This document shows, in pieces, positions 61,470 through 64,000 of a DNA stretch of 64,000 nucleotides (position 1 is the first letter of the stretch; each line of letters starts with the position of its first letter). This DNA is from the human T2T-CHM13v2.0 reference genome, Homo sapiens, in assembly GCF_009914755.1 (NCBI RefSeq), contig NC_060931.1; one strand, written 5' to 3'. The notes under the pieces are model-generated. The model saw only the letters and a list, made by a program, of their open reading frames with translations, did no database searches and had not been told where the DNA came from. A program made the position numbers and the translations under genes.

Positions 61470-61753
61470 GGCCGGGCGCAGTGGCTCATGCCTGTAATCT
61501 CAGCACTTTGGGAGGCCAAGGCAGGCGGATCACGAGGTCAGGAGATTAAGACCATCCTGGCTAACACAGTGAAACCCCGTCTCTACTTAAAAAAAATAGA
61601 AAAACTTAGCAGGGTGTGGTGGCACGCGCCTGTAGTCCCGGGAGGTGGAGTTTGCAGTGAGCTGTGATCACGCCACTGCACTCCAGCCTGGGTGACAGGG
61701 TGAGACTCTTGTCTCAAAAAAAAAAATAAAAATAAAATAAAATAAAATAAATA
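61470..61753 (+). mobile_element. AluSc8/Y-type with internal ~40-bp deletion
   Basis: GGATCACGAGGTCAGGAGAT...TGTAGTCCC|GGGAGGTGGAG; TSD AAAG(T/C)GAAAACC at 61458 and 61754. Confidence 0.93.
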
Positions 61754-62104
61754 AAAGCGAAAACCGACTGTTAATACTTGTACACTTTCAAAATGATGAA
61801 TATTTTAAAGTTTAAGTTGTTCTCACTAGAGTTAACTCCAGGATTTCTTTATTTCTGTTAAGAAGAGGAAACCTTGCTATGGGTAGTGCTTTTCTCACAA
61901 GCTTTTCTCACAGGGGCACTTGCCTGAAATTATGTGGTTTATTTTGGTTTATAAAAAGTGGCTGGGACAAGGCTGCAAAGGTTGGTAGTAAAGTACCTGA
62001 CACCTGCCCTGGAAACTTCCATTGGCTCTTGCTCTTACTTTTATTTTATTAAAAAAATGCACGTGTAAGAGAGATGGTGTTGAATATGTTGTAATTATAA
62101 ATAA

Positions 62105-62662
62105 TGCCAACCTAAAATAATTAAAAAGGGTTAGAATCTAGTTTAATAAGAGTTTATTCAAGCACAAAGTTTGAAGACAGCCACTCAGGAAGCACAGGTT
62201 ACAAAGACTAAAAGTCAGTGTTCTGATGGTAGAAGCTTAGGGTTGTTTATAGAGACAAAGTTTAAGGAAGCTAAAAAGAATTTCAACATCTTTCTGTACA
62301 AGGCTGGATGCATATTTACAATGATCTGATTAGTTGAGACTGTATTTTTCTTTCAGGAAGGGTATATTTAACATTCCACCCTGAAGATGTAACAGTCATG
62401 AGGTCGTTTGAACCATCTGGTCTGAGTTAGGTACATGACAATAAAAGAGGTAGTTAATCTATAACAAAGATAAGTGAATTGAAGGGGTAAGATGTCTGAT
62501 CTCTAGTCTCCCCTAGTCATTTACAGAGCAAGAACAATGAAGAAGAGAGTAAATCTATAATCTAAGAAGCTGAACTTGCACACATACTATGTGACTCATC
62601 TCCAAAGCTTAACTTTCCCCTTGGCGTAATAAATTAAGAGCGTCCTAAAATTACAATCCACA
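62105..62662 (-). mobile_element. MER67-like ERV1 solo LTR
   Basis: TG...CA ends, AATAAA on minus strand near 62155, TTAACTTTCCCCTTGGC motif, flanks AATAA/GATAA. Confidence 0.65.
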
Positions 62663-62685
62663 GATAAGTATAGATACAGCGCTTT

Positions 62686-62845
62686 ATATGTGTGTGTTTA
62701 TATATATCTCTCTGTATATTTACATATATAATATATAAGTAGTAGAAGTAGAAGTAGTTTTATATATTATATATACATATATGTGTGTACATGTATACAT
62801 GTGTGTATACATATGTACACATATATATGTATATATAATATATAA
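62686..62845. repeat. (TA)n/(TG)n low-complexity region
   Basis: Dinucleotide runs. Confidence 0.85.
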
Positions 62846-63169
62846 AACTACTTCTTTTGTACATTGTATTCTGCTTCTAAGAATGACATCACTGCAAAAA
62901 CAAATCCCTCCACTCCACATCCATGTTACAGTGAAACATTTCTCATTAATGCTCCATCACTTATTAATTTAAATGTTAGATTCTGTTTAGGGTATTATGT
63001 TTATAATTTTTATTCTGATTGCCATGTAAAAATATTTCGTTAAAATATTGTAAAGTATTTTTGAAATGTCTTGCTAATCTTATTATTCTGTATATTCCTT
63101 ATTAGCCCATCAGCTTCTCGAGGGACAAAAAATTACGCATTTCATTTTTATTTTGTGTGCTCAAATCTA

Positions 63170-63262
63170 TTGTCTTATTCATCATTCAACAAATATTTAT
63201 TGAGCTTACGATATACCAAGCCAAGCATTAGATATTGGTAGTCCCAGAAATCTAACAATCCT
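63170..63262 (-). mobile_element. L2 3' end fragment
   Basis: CATTCAACAAATATTTATTGAGC. Confidence 0.7.
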
Positions 63263-64000
63263 GATGAATTGAGTGATTATTGAAAGTGAATTTACAAATT
63301 CATCATCCTTCTATCTAAGTTTTAGTGCAGAAAGACATTGTCAATGCAGGCTAGCCTTTACTGTAGGACAAATGGAAACCTGACATTTACAAGAAAATAT
63401 AATTTCATAATGTATCTAGGAGGAAAAATATTTATCACTGCCAACCCAGGAAAAAATAGAAAACTTAACAAATGCTAGGTATTGACCAAAGAAACACATG
63501 ATCAACTGTAAATCTACCCCCAAATGAGAAAAAATGCATTTTTTCTTCTACTAGTAGCTCTAAGCAAGCGGCAGTCTACAATGTTTTTTCTTGTTCTATA
63601 GTATGTTTCAGAAACTCACAATAGGAGTTCGTTTTGAATTCTTCTGTGTAGCTCATTTTCCATTTGGGGAATCTATTTCTTATCCATTTGTCCACATCTA
63701 TAACTAGCAAATAGAGAATTCAATATAGCAAATGTGCCTACAGTAAATTCAAAATTGCCTCTCATCCATTTGTGAGCAACACATAAATAATGAAGGCGAC
63801 ATTAAAACTTCGGGTTTTTTTATTTTTACTTCTTTCTCTGAAATATCTTTTCCAGCAAAATAAATGGTTTGAAATAATTATCTATTTAGAAGCACTGCAA
63901 TAGCTGTGGGAATGTGATTGCCATTTACCTTTCAGGATTTTACGGTTCCCATGAGAAGAAGAAATTTTTTGATTCCTTGATTCTCTTTTCCTTCATTATA

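Overview
AT-rich, CpG-poor great-ape (probably human) non-coding DNA. I recognise no protein-coding exon, tRNA/rRNA or CpG-island gene promoter, and every long ORF is LINE-1 derived. The window is dominated by retroelements. There are two full-length, same-strand young LINE-1s: an L1PA2-like copy at 30150-36187 and an L1PA3-like copy at 52809-58971, both with target-site duplications (TSDs) and both coding-dead. A full-length antisense L1PB1-like element (38125-44342) sits inside an MLT1A LTR and itself carries a THE1B LTR. The rest includes eight Alu or Alu-monomer copies, four THE1 solo LTRs, MLT1, MER67-like and LTR33-like LTRs, DNA-transposon MITEs (MER8, MADE1, MER20, MER5A, MER102-like), old L1M/L2/L3/MIR fragments and microsatellites. 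Most notable: (1) a 1.9-kb MER57-family endogenous retrovirus segment (59404-61325) with the hallmarks of an L1-made processed retrocopy: 5' truncation, LTR cut after the polyA signal, A-rich tail, 15-bp TSD at TTT/AAAA; (2) the two young L1s share at least 10 non-consensus substitutions yet keep interleaved subfamily differences, suggesting patchwork gene conversion over 22.7 kb; (3) an Alu with a twin-priming-type 5' inversion; (4) an extended 160-aa antisense ORF0 that runs out of the L1PA3 copy. I found no evidence of a novel multi-gene system. Subfamily names and consensus comparisons are from memory and need RepeatMasker/Dfam confirmation.
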